Shown here: positions 8,994-18,711 of the stretch, one piece after another
Position numbering within the stretch: position 1 is the first letter of the stretch
Layout of the letters: the number at the start of each line of letters is the position of its first letter
Assembly (NCBI GenBank): GCA_039798785.1
Contig: JBDKFG010000003.1
Span: forward strand, 32,001 to 96,000
Direction of reading: 5' to 3'
Source: Verrucomicrobiota bacterium
GTDB lineage: Bacteria; Verrucomicrobiota; Lentisphaeria; Lentisphaerales; Lentisphaeraceae
Length of the DNA: 64,000 nucleotides
Position numbers and translations under genes: made by a program
Notes under the pieces: model-generated
Databases searched by the model: none
The model's input: only the letters and a program-made list of their open reading frames with translations
What the model was told of the DNA's origin: nothing

Positions 8994-10673
8994 ATGACCA
9001 AGCAACGCCTCGAAACCGCCACCGACCTCTTCCGATCCGTCCGGGAGATGAACGGCTATCTCATCGACAAGTCCCTCCTGATCAAAGCCTTCCTCGAAGG
9101 CCGTCAAGTCGCTCTGATGCCGCGCCCGCGGCGCTTCGGCAAGACCACCAATCTGAGCATGATGGCGGAGTTCTTTGACCGCAAGAAGAAAGACCAGGAC
9201 CAGCTCTTCGCCGGGATGAAGATCCTTGCCGAGGGGCCCGATGTCCTCAAGCACAAGGGTGCCCACCCGGTCATCTTCATGACCCTGAAGGATTGGAAGT
9301 TCGGCAATATCTCCGATCTTCGTCTCGCCGTGATTGAGAAGATGCGCGATCTCTATCTCGAAAACGAGGCGATCCTCCCGCATCTCACGCCAGAGCAGGC
9401 CAGTGATTTCCGCGACATCGTCGGCCGACGCGCCAATCCGGCCCTTCTCAACGAATCGCTCAAGAAGCTCTGCCAATGGCTCGCCGAAATCCACGGCGCC
9501 AAACCCTTCATCTTCATCGACGAGTACGATGCACCCCTAATCCACGCCTGGAGCAAGAAATATTACCCCGAGGCCATCGAGCTGCTCCGTCCCTGGCTCA
9601 GCGCCGCACTGAAAACCAACGACGACCTCGGCAAGGCCGCCCTCACCGGCATCCTCCGCATCGCCAAAGAAAATCTCTTTTCCGGCCTCAACAACATTGA
9701 TGTCTCCAGCGTCATCGATCCCCTGCACTACGGCGAGTTCTTCGGCTTCACCCAAGAAGAAGTCGAGCTGCTTCTCACCGACTTCGGCAAGGCCGATCAC
9801 ATCGACGAAGCCCGCCGCTGGTACAACGGCTACACCTTCGGCAAATCCATCATCTATAACCCCTGGTCGATCTGCCATTTCGCCCGTGATCCCGATTCGG
9901 AATTCAAACCGCACTGGGTCAACACCTCTGACAACCAACTGCTCTTCGATTCGATCGATATCCATCATGCCAAGATCCGCCAAAACCTGCAGGACATCCT
10001 TGAGAGCAAAGCAGTTCGCGTAGCCCTGCGCGAAGACACGGTGTTTGCGGACATCGCAGCCTCGCCCGAATCTCTCTGGAGCTTCCTCGTCCACACCGGC
10101 TATCTCAAAGCGCAGCCGGCCGGAAAGAATTCTGCTGACGACAAGCTCTGGACTCTGTCGCTCCCCAACGAAGAACTTCGTTCGATCTTTCGGGTTTTCG
10201 TGCGACGCGCTTTGTGGAATCCCAGCTACAACGGCCTGGTCGATGTCCTCGATGCCCTCCTCGCCGATGACCCGGTCAAGCTCGAAAATGAGCTCAACGA
10301 GATGTTTGCTCAGATCCTCAGCGTCCACGATGTCGCCAAGTTCCCCGAAGCCTTCATCCACGGCTTTTTCCTCGCCCTCGCCGCCACCCTCGGCAACCGC
10401 TATGTCATCGAATCCAATCGCGAAACCGGCAGCGGCCGCGCCGACCTGATCATGATCCCCAAGGAGCCCGGCCTCGGACTCCCCAAGGTCTTTGAGTTCA
10501 AGGCGATCAAGCCCCGCGCCAATCCCGCCCCGGCGATCGACGAAGCGCTGTCCCAGATCCGGAGCAAGGACTACGCCTCCCGCTGCCGCGCCGCCGGCTT
10601 CGACTCCTTCCACGCCGTCGCCCTGGTCCAGCAAGGCAAGAAGCTGCATATCCGCCAGGAAAGCCGCGGATGA
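8994..10673 (+). CDS. AAA-ATPase-like domain plus C-terminal PD-(D/E)XK nuclease (DUF1703-type)
   Basis: YLIDKS, PRPRRFGKT (Walker A), FIDEYDAP (Walker B), WYNGY, YNPWS, and C-terminal ESNRETGSGRADL...FEFK. Confidence 0.88.
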   Translation: MTKQRLETATDLFRSVREMNGYLIDKSLLIKAFLEGRQVALMPRPRRFGKTTNLSMMAEFFDRKKKDQDQLFAGMKILAEGPDVLKHKGAHPVIFMTLKDWKFGNISDLRLAVIEKMRDLYLENEAILPHLTPEQASDFRDIVGRRANPALLNESLKKLCQWLAEIHGAKPFIFIDEYDAPLIHAWSKKYYPEAIELLRPWLSAALKTNDDLGKAALTGILRIAKENLFSGLNNIDVSSVIDPLHYGEFFGFTQEEVELLLTDFGKADHIDEARRWYNGYTFGKSIIYNPWSICHFARDPDSEFKPHWVNTSDNQLLFDSIDIHHAKIRQNLQDILESKAVRVALREDTVFADIAASPESLWSFLVHTGYLKAQPAGKNSADDKLWTLSLPNEELRSIFRVFVRRALWNPSYNGLVDVLDALLADDPVKLENELNEMFAQILSVHDVAKFPEAFIHGFFLALAATLGNRYVIESNRETGSGRADLIMIPKEPGLGLPKVFEFKAIKPRANPAPAIDEALSQIRSKDYASRCRAAGFDSFHAVALVQQGKKLHIRQESRG

Positions 10674-11713
10674 ACATCGCCTTCCGTTGCGATGCCGGCT
10701 GGGGAATCGGCAACGGCCAGATACTGCGCTCCCTCGCCCTTGCCAATGCCCTCAAAGCCCGAGGCGGCACGTGCCTCTTCCTCTGTCATGACGCTCCCGA
10801 CTTCATTGCCGGACAGATCATCGCCGCCGGCCACCGCATCGAAACCCTGCTCAGCCAAAACCCGATGGTGAACCTCGATCGCGATTCCCTTGAACAGGAA
10901 GACGCCGCCGCCTGCCTCAAGGCCCTGCCGGGAGGCGTCGACTGGCTGGTCGTCGCCCATGTCGCACTCGGTTCGGTCTGGGAAAGTGCGATGCGCCCTG
11001 CAGCCCGCCGTATCCTCGCTGTCGACACCCTGGCCCGCCAGCATGACTGCGACATCGTCTTCGATCAGACCCACGGACGAGATCGAGCAGCCTACGAGCC
11101 CTTCGCGCCAAAGAACTGTGAAATCTTTTGCGGCGCCCGCGACGCCTGGATGCTTCCCGAATTCGCCGCGGCCCGCGAACTTAGCCTGCCGCGACGCCGC
11201 GATCCCCATCCTTTGCGCCGCGTTCTGATCAGCTTCGGCCACGGCGAATTCTCCGGCGTCCTGACCGCCGCGATCTACTGTCTCGACAAGCTTCCCGGCA
11301 TCGAAGTCCGGGCCATTCGCGGCGGCAGTCGCCATCTTCCCGATCTTGACCTGGTCGACTATCCCATTCAGCTCCTCGACCGGGTCGACAACATGGCGGA
11401 GCATCTGGCCTGGGCCGACCTGGCCATCGGCGCCGGCAACTCCATGGTTTGGGAGCGCGCCTGCCTCGGTGTGCCCTCGATCAACGTCCCCCTCAACGGC
11501 CATCAAGATCTCAACGCTTCGAACGCCACCCTCGCCGGTTGAGCCTGGTCGATGGGCCGCGACGACCTGATGAAAAAAGCCCACGACCTCTTGCTTCCTC
11601 TGTGCACAGAGAACGCCACCTTGAGCCGCATGTCGGTCGCCGCCGCGAGCGTGGTCGACGGGCTCGGGACGGAGAGATGGGCGGAAAGAATGATGAAAGA
11701 GTGCGGGGGATAG
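10670..11713 (+). pseudogene. PseG-like UDP-sugar hydrolase paralogue interrupted by an in-frame TGA at 11540-11542
   Basis: AFRCDAG..IG.GQ..R, WLVV.H..LG..WE, WADLAIGAG...WERACLGVP. After TGA the same frame continues AWSMGRDDL...SVVDGLGTERWAERM to TAG 11713 and aligns with the intact paralogue at 22531-24009. Confidence 0.75.
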
Positions 11714-11783
11714 CCGCCTTCTTCCGCGCCAGAGACTGAAGTCATGCTAAGCTTGACCCAATTCCGGATCACCGCCTCAGAAC

Positions 11784-13535
11784 ATGTCTGCCATTCTCCA
11801 CCTCCTCCGCTCGCTGCGCCTCTTCCTGGGCTGCCTCCCCTTGGTCCACCGTCGCCGCTTCCGGCTCCTGCTTTGCCTCATGAGCACCTCCGCGATGATG
11901 GAAATGCTCAGCCTCGCCGGGCTCTTCCCCTTCCTCAGCCTTGCTTTGCAACCCGGAAACTTCTTCGACAGCACCTGGGGCCAGACCTGCACCGCAATCT
12001 TCGGCACCGAGGAATCCTCACAACTTCTCTTGCGCCTCGGTCTTTCTTACCTGGTCTGGATCATTCTGACCCTCTGCGTCGGCTTGTTCGTGACCTTTCG
12101 CCGCGCCGCTTTCATCCGGGATCTAAAAACCTATTGCTCCACCGAGCTCTTCCGCCGCTATCTCCACCAAAACTACCTCTGGCACGCTTCCTCCAACTCC
12201 GCCAATCATGCCGCAACCATCTTCGATGCGGTTGGACGCGGCGCCGAAACCGCGATGAGCTCGCTGCTTCTAGTCATCGCCAACAGCGCCTTGGCGATGA
12301 TGCTGATCTTCGGCCTGCTCCTGATCAAACCCCTGATCCTGCTGGGAAGCCTCGCCACCTTGGTCCTCATCTTCCTCTCGCTTTGGGGATTGCGTCGGCG
12401 CTTCCTTCTCTCCGACGGCCAGCGCTGCGCCACACTCTGGAGCCACAAGGCCAAGCTTTTCAACGAGGCCTTCGGCGGCGTCAAGGAGATCAAGGTTTAC
12501 AACCTGGAAAGTGTCTTCTCGAAACAGCTTGAACCGATTCAGCTAGAGCTTTCCCGTCTCGAAAGCAAAGCTCCGGTCAGCGGCTACCTGCCGCGCCAGC
12601 TCATCGAAGCCTTCATCATGATGATCGCCGTCGGTGGTGTCCTCATCCTCTGCCAGCAAGGGCAGGACAGCCTTAACACCCACCTCCCCTTGATCGCCCT
12701 TACCGCCTTCGTCTTCCTTCGCATCTTCCCGCCGCTCAACCTGATCTTCATCAACTGGCAAAATCTCGCCGAAAACGCCCCCCTCTGGGATCGCTTGCGC
12801 GAAGGACTTTCCCTGCCACTCGCCGAGGCCGATCCGCTTCCCAAAATCCAGGTCTCCCAAGGCATTGCCATCCAACAAGTCTCCTTCACCTATCCCGGCA
12901 GCCCCCACCCGGTTTTGAGCGAGATCAATCTCGACATCTCCTGCGGCAGCCGCATCGGCCTTGTCGGAGAAACCGGCTCCGGCAAATCCACCTTGGTCAA
13001 CCTCATCCTCGGCCTCCTCCAGCCCAGCTCCGGCCGCATCCTGATCGATGGCCAGGAACTTGATCCGTCCAGCCGTTCCGCCTGGACCCACTCCATCGGC
13101 TATGTCCCCCAGGAAATGCACCTCCTCGACGCCCCGATCTGGGAGAACATCGCCTTCGGACAAAGCCCCGGGGAGGTCAACAAGGAGCGGGTCAAAGAAG
13201 CCGCCAGGGCCGCCGAAATCTCGGGATTCATCGACACGCTCCCCAACGGCTACGACACCCAAGTCGGCGAACGCGGCATCCGCCTTTCCGGTGGCCAGCG
13301 TCAACGCCTCGCCATCGCCCGCGCCCTCTACCGCCAGCCCAGTCTGCTGGTCCTCGATGAAGCCACTTCAGCCCTTGACTCCGCCACAGAAGAGGCGATC
13401 CTCGCCTCCGTTGCCCGCCTGCCCCAATCCCTAACGATTATCATGATCGCTCACCGCACTTCGACCTTGAAAAACTGTCAAAAACTTTATAGACTCGAGA
13501 CAGGAAAACTCAGCCCTTGGAAACTCCCCACATGA
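11784..13535 (+). CDS. ABC transporter, fused permease/ATPase (MsbA/PglK/HetA-like glycan exporter)
   Basis: Six or so TM segments, [43 protein letters not shown]; lies inside the glycan operon. Confidence 0.88.
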   Translation: MSAILHLLRSLRLFLGCLPLVHRRRFRLLLCLMSTSAMMEMLSLAGLFPFLSLALQPGNFFDSTWGQTCTAIFGTEESSQLLLRLGLSYLVWIILTLCVGLFVTFRRAAFIRDLKTYCSTELFRRYLHQNYLWHASSNSANHAATIFDAVGRGAETAMSSLLLVIANSALAMMLIFGLLLIKPLILLGSLATLVLIFLSLWGLRRRFLLSDGQRCATLWSHKAKLFNEAFGGVKEIKVYNLESVFSKQLEPIQLELSRLESKAPVSGYLPRQLIEAFIMMIAVGGVLILCQQGQDSLNTHLPLIALTAFVFLRIFPPLNLIFINWQNLAENAPLWDRLREGLSLPLAEADPLPKIQVSQGIAIQQVSFTYPGSPHPVLSEINLDISCGSRIGLVGETGSGKSTLVNLILGLLQPSSGRILIDGQELDPSSRSAWTHSIGYVPQEMHLLDAPIWENIAFGQSPGEVNKERVKEAARAAEISGFIDTLPNGYDTQVGERGIRLSGGQRQRLAIARALYRQPSLLVLDEATSALDSATEEAILASVARLPQSLTIIMIAHRTSTLKNCQKLYRLETGKLSPWKLPT

Positions 13536-14308
13536 AAGCCGTCATCCTCGCCGGCGGTCTCGGCTCGCGGATCAGCGAAGAGTCCGTCCTCAAACCCAAG
13601 CCGATGATCGAAATCGGCGGCAAGCCCATCCTGTGGCACATCCTCAAGATCTACTCCCAGCACGGCATCAACGACTTCATCATCTGCTGCGGCTACAAGG
13701 GTTACGTCATCAAGGAATATTTCGCCAACTATTTCCTCCACATGTCCGACGTCACCTTCGACATGAAAGACAACCGCATGGAAGTTCATCAGCGTCACGC
13801 CGAACCCTGGCGCGTCACCCTGGTCGACACCGGCGAACACACCATGACCGGCGGACGATTACGTCGAGTGCGCGAGTACCTGAAGGATGAAGAGGCGTTC
13901 TGCTTCACCTACGGCGACGGCGTAGCGGATGTTGATATCGGCGCCAGCATCGACTTCCATCGCTCCCACGGAAAACTGGCGACGGTCACCGCCGTCCAAC
14001 CCCCAGGCCGGTACGGCTCACTCAATCTTAACGGCAGCCAAGTGCAATCCTTCCAAGAAAAGCCTCAGGGCGATGGAGCTTGGATCAATGGCGGCTTCTT
14101 CGTGCTGTCGCCGAAAGTGATCGACTCAATTGAAGCTGATTCTTCTAGTTTTGAGGGCAAGACCTTGGAATTCTTGGCCTCAAACGGGGATCTCCAAGCC
14201 TATTTTCATCGCGGCTTCTGGCAGCCGATGGATACACTGCGAGACAAGAACCTGCTGGAATCCCTTTGGCAAAGCGGCGCCGCGCCGTGGAAGATCTGGA
14301 AGGATTGA
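13532..14308 (+). CDS. rfbF: glucose-1-phosphate cytidylyltransferase
   Basis: [53 protein letters not shown]. Confidence 0.96.
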   Translation: MKAVILAGGLGSRISEESVLKPKPMIEIGGKPILWHILKIYSQHGINDFIICCGYKGYVIKEYFANYFLHMSDVTFDMKDNRMEVHQRHAEPWRVTLVDTGEHTMTGGRLRRVREYLKDEEAFCFTYGDGVADVDIGASIDFHRSHGKLATVTAVQPPGRYGSLNLNGSQVQSFQEKPQGDGAWINGGFFVLSPKVIDSIEADSSSFEGKTLEFLASNGDLQAYFHRGFWQPMDTLRDKNLLESLWQSGAAPWKIWKD

Positions 14309-14310
14309 AC

Positions 14311-15402
14311 ATGTTCCAAGACTATTACCGCGGCAAAAGCGTTTTTCTGACCGGCCACACTGGATTCAAAGGAAGCTGGTTGTGTCAATGGCTGCTGCTG
14401 CAAGGAGCGACAGTTCATGGTTTCTCCTTGCCGCCGCCGACCCAGCCCAGTCTGTTTGATCTTCTGGAGCTCGGCACCCAACTCGCCAGTGATGTCCGTG
14501 GGGATGTCCAAAATCTCACAAGCTTGACTAGCGCACTGAAAGCCGCCCAGCCCGACATCGCCTTCCATCTCGCCGCCCAGCCGCTGGTCCGCGCATCTTA
14601 TCAGGATCCTGCCGGCACCTATGCCAGCAATGTCATGGGAACGGTCAACTTCCTCGAAGCCCTGCGTCTCTCCGGCCGCCCCTGCGCTGCCGTCGTGGTC
14701 ACCACCGACAAATGTTATGAAAACCGCGAATGGCTCCACCCCTATCGAGAGACCGACCCTCTGGGCGGCCACGACCCCTACTCCGCCTCAAAAGCCTGCG
14801 CCGAGATCGTCACGGCCTCTTACAGAAGCTCTTTTGCGGCAAGAACCAACTTGGCCATCGCCACGGCACGCGCCGGAAATGTCATCGGCGGCGGCGATTT
14901 CGCCGAGGACCGCATCCTTCCCGATCTCTATCGCGCCACCCAGACCGGCAAGCCCCTGGAGATCCGCTCCCCCCGTGCCACCCGCCCTTGGCAGCACGTC
15001 CTTGACCCCCTCTCGGGCTACCTCCTTCTGGGAAAAAAGCTCCACCAAAACCTCTCTCTTCCCGTGACGGATCCGCATCGCCGAAAACTGGAAAGCGCCT
15101 TCAATTTCGGCCCCGGAGTGCGCTCCAACCGCTCGGTCCACGACCTTCTTTGCGAAGTGCGCAAGACCTGGCCGATCGAATGGCGGGAGCCGGACCAGGC
15201 TCCGGAATGGCACGAAGCGCAGCTCCTGGATCTGTCAATCGAGAAGGCTCATCACCTCCTCGGCTGGTCGCCGCGCTGGGATTTCGCCGAAACCGTGCGG
15301 CGTACAGCCGCTGTGTATCTTGCGATGATGGAGCCAGAGGCTAATGTCGCCGACCTTCTCCGCCAGGATCTGGCAGAATTCACCGGAATACCACTCCCAT
15401 GA
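14311..15402 (+). CDS. rfbG: CDP-glucose 4,6-dehydratase
   Basis: LTGHTGFKGSWL, HLAAQPLVR, TTDKCYEN, GGHDPYSASK, ARAGNVIGGGD, RPWQHVL. Confidence 0.96.
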   Translation: MFQDYYRGKSVFLTGHTGFKGSWLCQWLLLQGATVHGFSLPPPTQPSLFDLLELGTQLASDVRGDVQNLTSLTSALKAAQPDIAFHLAAQPLVRASYQDPAGTYASNVMGTVNFLEALRLSGRPCAAVVVTTDKCYENREWLHPYRETDPLGGHDPYSASKACAEIVTASYRSSFAARTNLAIATARAGNVIGGGDFAEDRILPDLYRATQTGKPLEIRSPRATRPWQHVLDPLSGYLLLGKKLHQNLSLPVTDPHRRKLESAFNFGPGVRSNRSVHDLLCEVRKTWPIEWREPDQAPEWHEAQLLDLSIEKAHHLLGWSPRWDFAETVRRTAAVYLAMMEPEANVADLLRQDLAEFTGIPLP

Positions 15403-16892
15403 GCACGCCATCCCGTTCCCCGGCCCAGATCCGCGAGGAAATTCTCCGTCTCACGGGAGAGTACGCCCGCTCGGTTCATGCGCGCAGCCTGCCCGCCGAG
15501 CATCCCAATCGCCCGGCGCGTCAAGAGGGGGAATCCCTACCCTATGCCGCCCGAGTCTTCGGCGCCGAAGAAGTCCAAGCCGCCGTCGGCTCTGCGCTTG
15601 ACTTCTGGCTCACTCTTGGCCCCGAAGGCGACAAGATGGAGCGTGATCTCGCCAAAGTTCTCGGCGTTCACAAATGCCTCCTGGTCAACAGCGGTTCCTC
15701 CGCCAATCTGATCGCGGTCAGCGCCTTGACCTCGCATCGTCTTCCCGCTCACAAACGGCTCCGTCCTGGCGACGAAGTGATCACCTGCGCCGCTGGTTTC
15801 CCCACCACCGTCGCCCCGATCCTGCAGAACGGCCTGGTGCCGGTCTTCATCGACAACGATCCGGTCACCGGCAATGCCCGGATGGATCAGCTTGAGCTAG
15901 CCTACTCCCCCGGCAAGACCAAAGCCGTGATTTTTGCCCATACCCTGGGCAACCCTTTCGATCTCGCGACCTGCCTAGCCTTCTGCCGCAAACATGACTT
16001 GTGGCTGATCGAGGACAACTGCGATGCCTTGGGATCGACCTATTCGATGCCCGAAACCCTGGCACTCGAACTCAGTCTCGATCTCGACAAAAATCTCACT
16101 CCCGGCAGCGGCCGTCTCACTCGGATGACCGGCGCCTGGGGCGATATCTCGACCCAGAGCTTCTATCCCCCCCACCATCTCACCATGGGGGAAGGAGGCA
16201 GCGTCAACATCGTCAATTCCGGCCTACTCAAATCGGTGGCGGAATCCCTCCGCGACTGGGGCCGTGACTGCTGGTGCCCCTCCGGCAAGGACAATACCTG
16301 CTGCAAACGCTTCGGCTGGCAACTTGGCGAACTGCCCAAAGGCTACGATCACAAATACATCTATTCGCACCTCGGCTACAATCTCAAGCCCACCGACATC
16401 CAAGCCGCCATCGGCAATGTCCAACTGTCCCGTCTGCCGGCTTTCACTGAGGCCCGCAAGAACAACTGGCAGGCACTCCGCGAAGCTCTCGAGCCTTTGG
16501 CTGAGCACATTAAATTCTCCTTGCCCACCCATGCCGACGCCTGGACGCCCTCAGGCTTCAGTTGGGACTCTAGCGCTTGCGAAGCCATCCCTTCCTGGTT
16601 CGGCTTCATGCTGCTGGTCAAGCCCAGCGCCCCCTTCACCCGCACCGATCTCGCACGCCGCCTCGACGAATACAAGATCGGCAACCGGATGCTCTTCGGC
16701 GGCAATCTGGTTCGCCAGCCTGCCTTTGTTCAGCTCCGCCACGACAACCCGCAAGCCTTCCGCACGCCCGTCGCCCTCCCCGGGGCTGACCAACTGATGA
16801 ACGAAGCGATTTTTATTGGGGTCTATCCCGGCATCGGACAAGATGAAACCCGACCTATTCTCAAGTGCATCCAGGCGTTCTGTCCACGATGA
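15399..16892 (+). CDS. rfbH: CDP-4-keto-6-deoxy-D-glucose 3-dehydratase (E1, RfbH/DdhC)
   Basis: VNSGSSANL, EDNCDALG, SFYPPHHLTMGEGG (His in place of the PLP Lys), Cys cluster DWGRDCWC.....NTC, YDHKY. Confidence 0.93.
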   Translation: MSTPSRSPAQIREEILRLTGEYARSVHARSLPAEHPNRPARQEGESLPYAARVFGAEEVQAAVGSALDFWLTLGPEGDKMERDLAKVLGVHKCLLVNSGSSANLIAVSALTSHRLPAHKRLRPGDEVITCAAGFPTTVAPILQNGLVPVFIDNDPVTGNARMDQLELAYSPGKTKAVIFAHTLGNPFDLATCLAFCRKHDLWLIEDNCDALGSTYSMPETLALELSLDLDKNLTPGSGRLTRMTGAWGDISTQSFYPPHHLTMGEGGSVNIVNSGLLKSVAESLRDWGRDCWCPSGKDNTCCKRFGWQLGELPKGYDHKYIYSHLGYNLKPTDIQAAIGNVQLSRLPAFTEARKNNWQALREALEPLAEHIKFSLPTHADAWTPSGFSWDSSACEAIPSWFGFMLLVKPSAPFTRTDLARRLDEYKIGNRMLFGGNLVRQPAFVQLRHDNPQAFRTPVALPGADQLMNEAIFIGVYPGIGQDETRPILKCIQAFCPR

Positions 16893-17749
16893 AGGTGCTC
16901 ATCACAGGCGCCAGTGGCTATCTCGGCAGACACTTGTCGCGCCGTCTTGTGATGGCAGGCCATCAAGTCTACGGACTCACCCGTGGCAAGCCGATGCCCC
17001 CCGGTGTCGTGCCCATGACAGCCTCCATACAGGATCCGGACGCCTTTGTCTCCGCCTTCCAGGCGGTGGCTCCCGAAGCCGTCTGTCATCTAGCTGCCGA
17101 GTCAATCGCGGAACCTAGCCCAGAACAGATCGCTCAACTTGTCGAAGCCAATGTCCACCTGCCGCTCCTACTCTTGCAAGCGATGCGTCACGCCAGCGTG
17201 AACCGGATTCTTCAAGCTGGCTCCTATTGGCAACTGGCGGACAACCGACTCGACCATCCAATCAATACCTATGCGCTTACCAAAAACATGGCGGCGCAGG
17301 CATTCGATCACTATGCTCATCGCCACCAGTTCGAAGTGATCACCCTGCATCTAGGCGACATCATCGGCCCTTCGGATCCCCGCCCCAAGCTTCTGCCAGC
17401 CCTGCTGCGCGCCTATCGTCAAGGAAGCATCCTGCCCATGAGCAGCGGAGAACAGCCAATGTATCCTCTCGGGGTCGCAGACGCGGCTGCCGCTTTCGAA
17501 CTGGCCTTGACCCTGTTTCGCCCCGGACACCAAAGATTTCGAGTGATGGGTGAAAAAATCAGCGTCCGGGAATTCGTCGCGGCGCTTGCCGATGCAAGGG
17601 AACAACCAGCGCCAGTAAACTTTGGTGCCTTGTCCAATGTCGGCAGCAGCATGAACGGCCCCTTCGATTGCGTCCCCCCCCTGCCTGGTGCACAGACCCA
17701 CAGCCTAAAGACGACCTTGCGGGAGATTCTTGCCGAGGAATCGCGATGA
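16889..17749 (+). CDS. NAD-dependent epimerase/reductase, probable CDP-3,6-dideoxyhexose 4-reductase (RfbJ/RfbS-like)
   Basis: ITGASGYLG, CHLAA, YALTK (YxxxK); coupled to rfbH. Specificity is inferred from context. Confidence 0.72.
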   Translation: MKVLITGASGYLGRHLSRRLVMAGHQVYGLTRGKPMPPGVVPMTASIQDPDAFVSAFQAVAPEAVCHLAAESIAEPSPEQIAQLVEANVHLPLLLLQAMRHASVNRILQAGSYWQLADNRLDHPINTYALTKNMAAQAFDHYAHRHQFEVITLHLGDIIGPSDPRPKLLPALLRAYRQGSILPMSSGEQPMYPLGVADAAAAFELALTLFRPGHQRFRVMGEKISVREFVAALADAREQPAPVNFGALSNVGSSMNGPFDCVPPLPGAQTHSLKTTLREILAEESR

Positions 17750-18711
17750 AAACATATCATTTCGGCGTCAGCAGCAGCGCCGCCTATGCTCCTTATGTCG
17801 TGGTGCTGCTCCGCTCCTTGGAGGCCTTCCTCTCTCCAGAAGAGGAAATCCAGCTCCATGTGATGACCTCGGTGCGAGACCAGGACCTGACTCGTGCTCG
17901 TCTTGAAAAACTCGACAATGTCAGCATCTATGTCATCCCCAGCGCGATCGAAGAGCTTCTCTCCTTTGATGCCTGCTTGATCAAACATGTCGACAGTCCG
18001 ACCTTCTACCGGCTTTTTCTCGTCGAAGAGGTGGCCAAACAAGTGTCAAGGCTTGAGCGTTTTGTTCATATTGATCTCGACATGCTCTGCGTCGGCCCTT
18101 GGCAGGAGCTCTTCACAATTGACCTGGAATCCCGCCTCTGCGCTGCGGTGGAGGACATAAGTATCAACGAATTATTTGCCTCGCAAGATCCGATTTTTGC
18201 CAACTACCGGCAGGACTTGGGCTTCGTAGATGGAGATCGATATTTTAATGCTGGCCTACTGGTCATTGATGTCCCGATCTGGCGAAAAGAAGGGATAACG
18301 GCGACTGCGACCGAGTTTCTTCGCCAACATCCTGGAAAGTTGCGCTATGCTGAGCAGACGGTTTTAAACAGCTGTCTCCGCGGACGATGGAAACCCTTAC
18401 CTTACGGATACAATCACCAAGTGGCCAATCGCCCGGACTACCGCGGCGAGGTGATCATCGCCCACTATGTCGGCAGTAAAAAGCCTTGGTCTTGTGGCCC
18501 GATGAACCCCAAGGCCTGGCATGATCGACGCAATCTCCCCCTCTTGGACCATCCGCTTTATCAAGCTTATTGGCGGGCTCAGGAGATTTTAAATGGCATG
18601 ATGTATCACCACCCACCGTTCGTAAGATCACGATTAGCCCGATTGGCCAAGATCCTCGGCGAAATTATTCTCCGGCGCAAATACGATATTAACTGCTACC
18701 GGGAGCCTTGA
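17746..18711 (+). CDS. glycosyltransferase family 8
   Basis: TFYRLF, HIDLD (DxD), YFNAGLLVID, EQTVLN, IAHYVGSKKPW. Confidence 0.9.
   Translation: MKTYHFGVSSSAAYAPYVVVLLRSLEAFLSPEEEIQLHVMTSVRDQDLTRARLEKLDNVSIYVIPSAIEELLSFDACLIKHVDSPTFYRLFLVEEVAKQVSRLERFVHIDLDMLCVGPWQELFTIDLESRLCAAVEDISINELFASQDPIFANYRQDLGFVDGDRYFNAGLLVIDVPIWRKEGITATATEFLRQHPGKLRYAEQTVLNSCLRGRWKPLPYGYNHQVANRPDYRGEVIIAHYVGSKKPWSCGPMNPKAWHDRRNLPLLDHPLYQAYWRAQEILNGMMYHHPPFVRSRLARLAKILGEIILRRKYDINCYREP

Noticed and set aside
11540..11542. Genome-wide TGA reassignment
   Set aside because: Many conserved genes here (rpe, rfbF, ftsH, ilvA) end correctly at TGA.
17674..17681. C8 tract in the SDR reductase as a phase-variation site
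   Set aside because: It is short for a GC-rich genome and only ~23 codons from the stop, so the evidence is insufficient.
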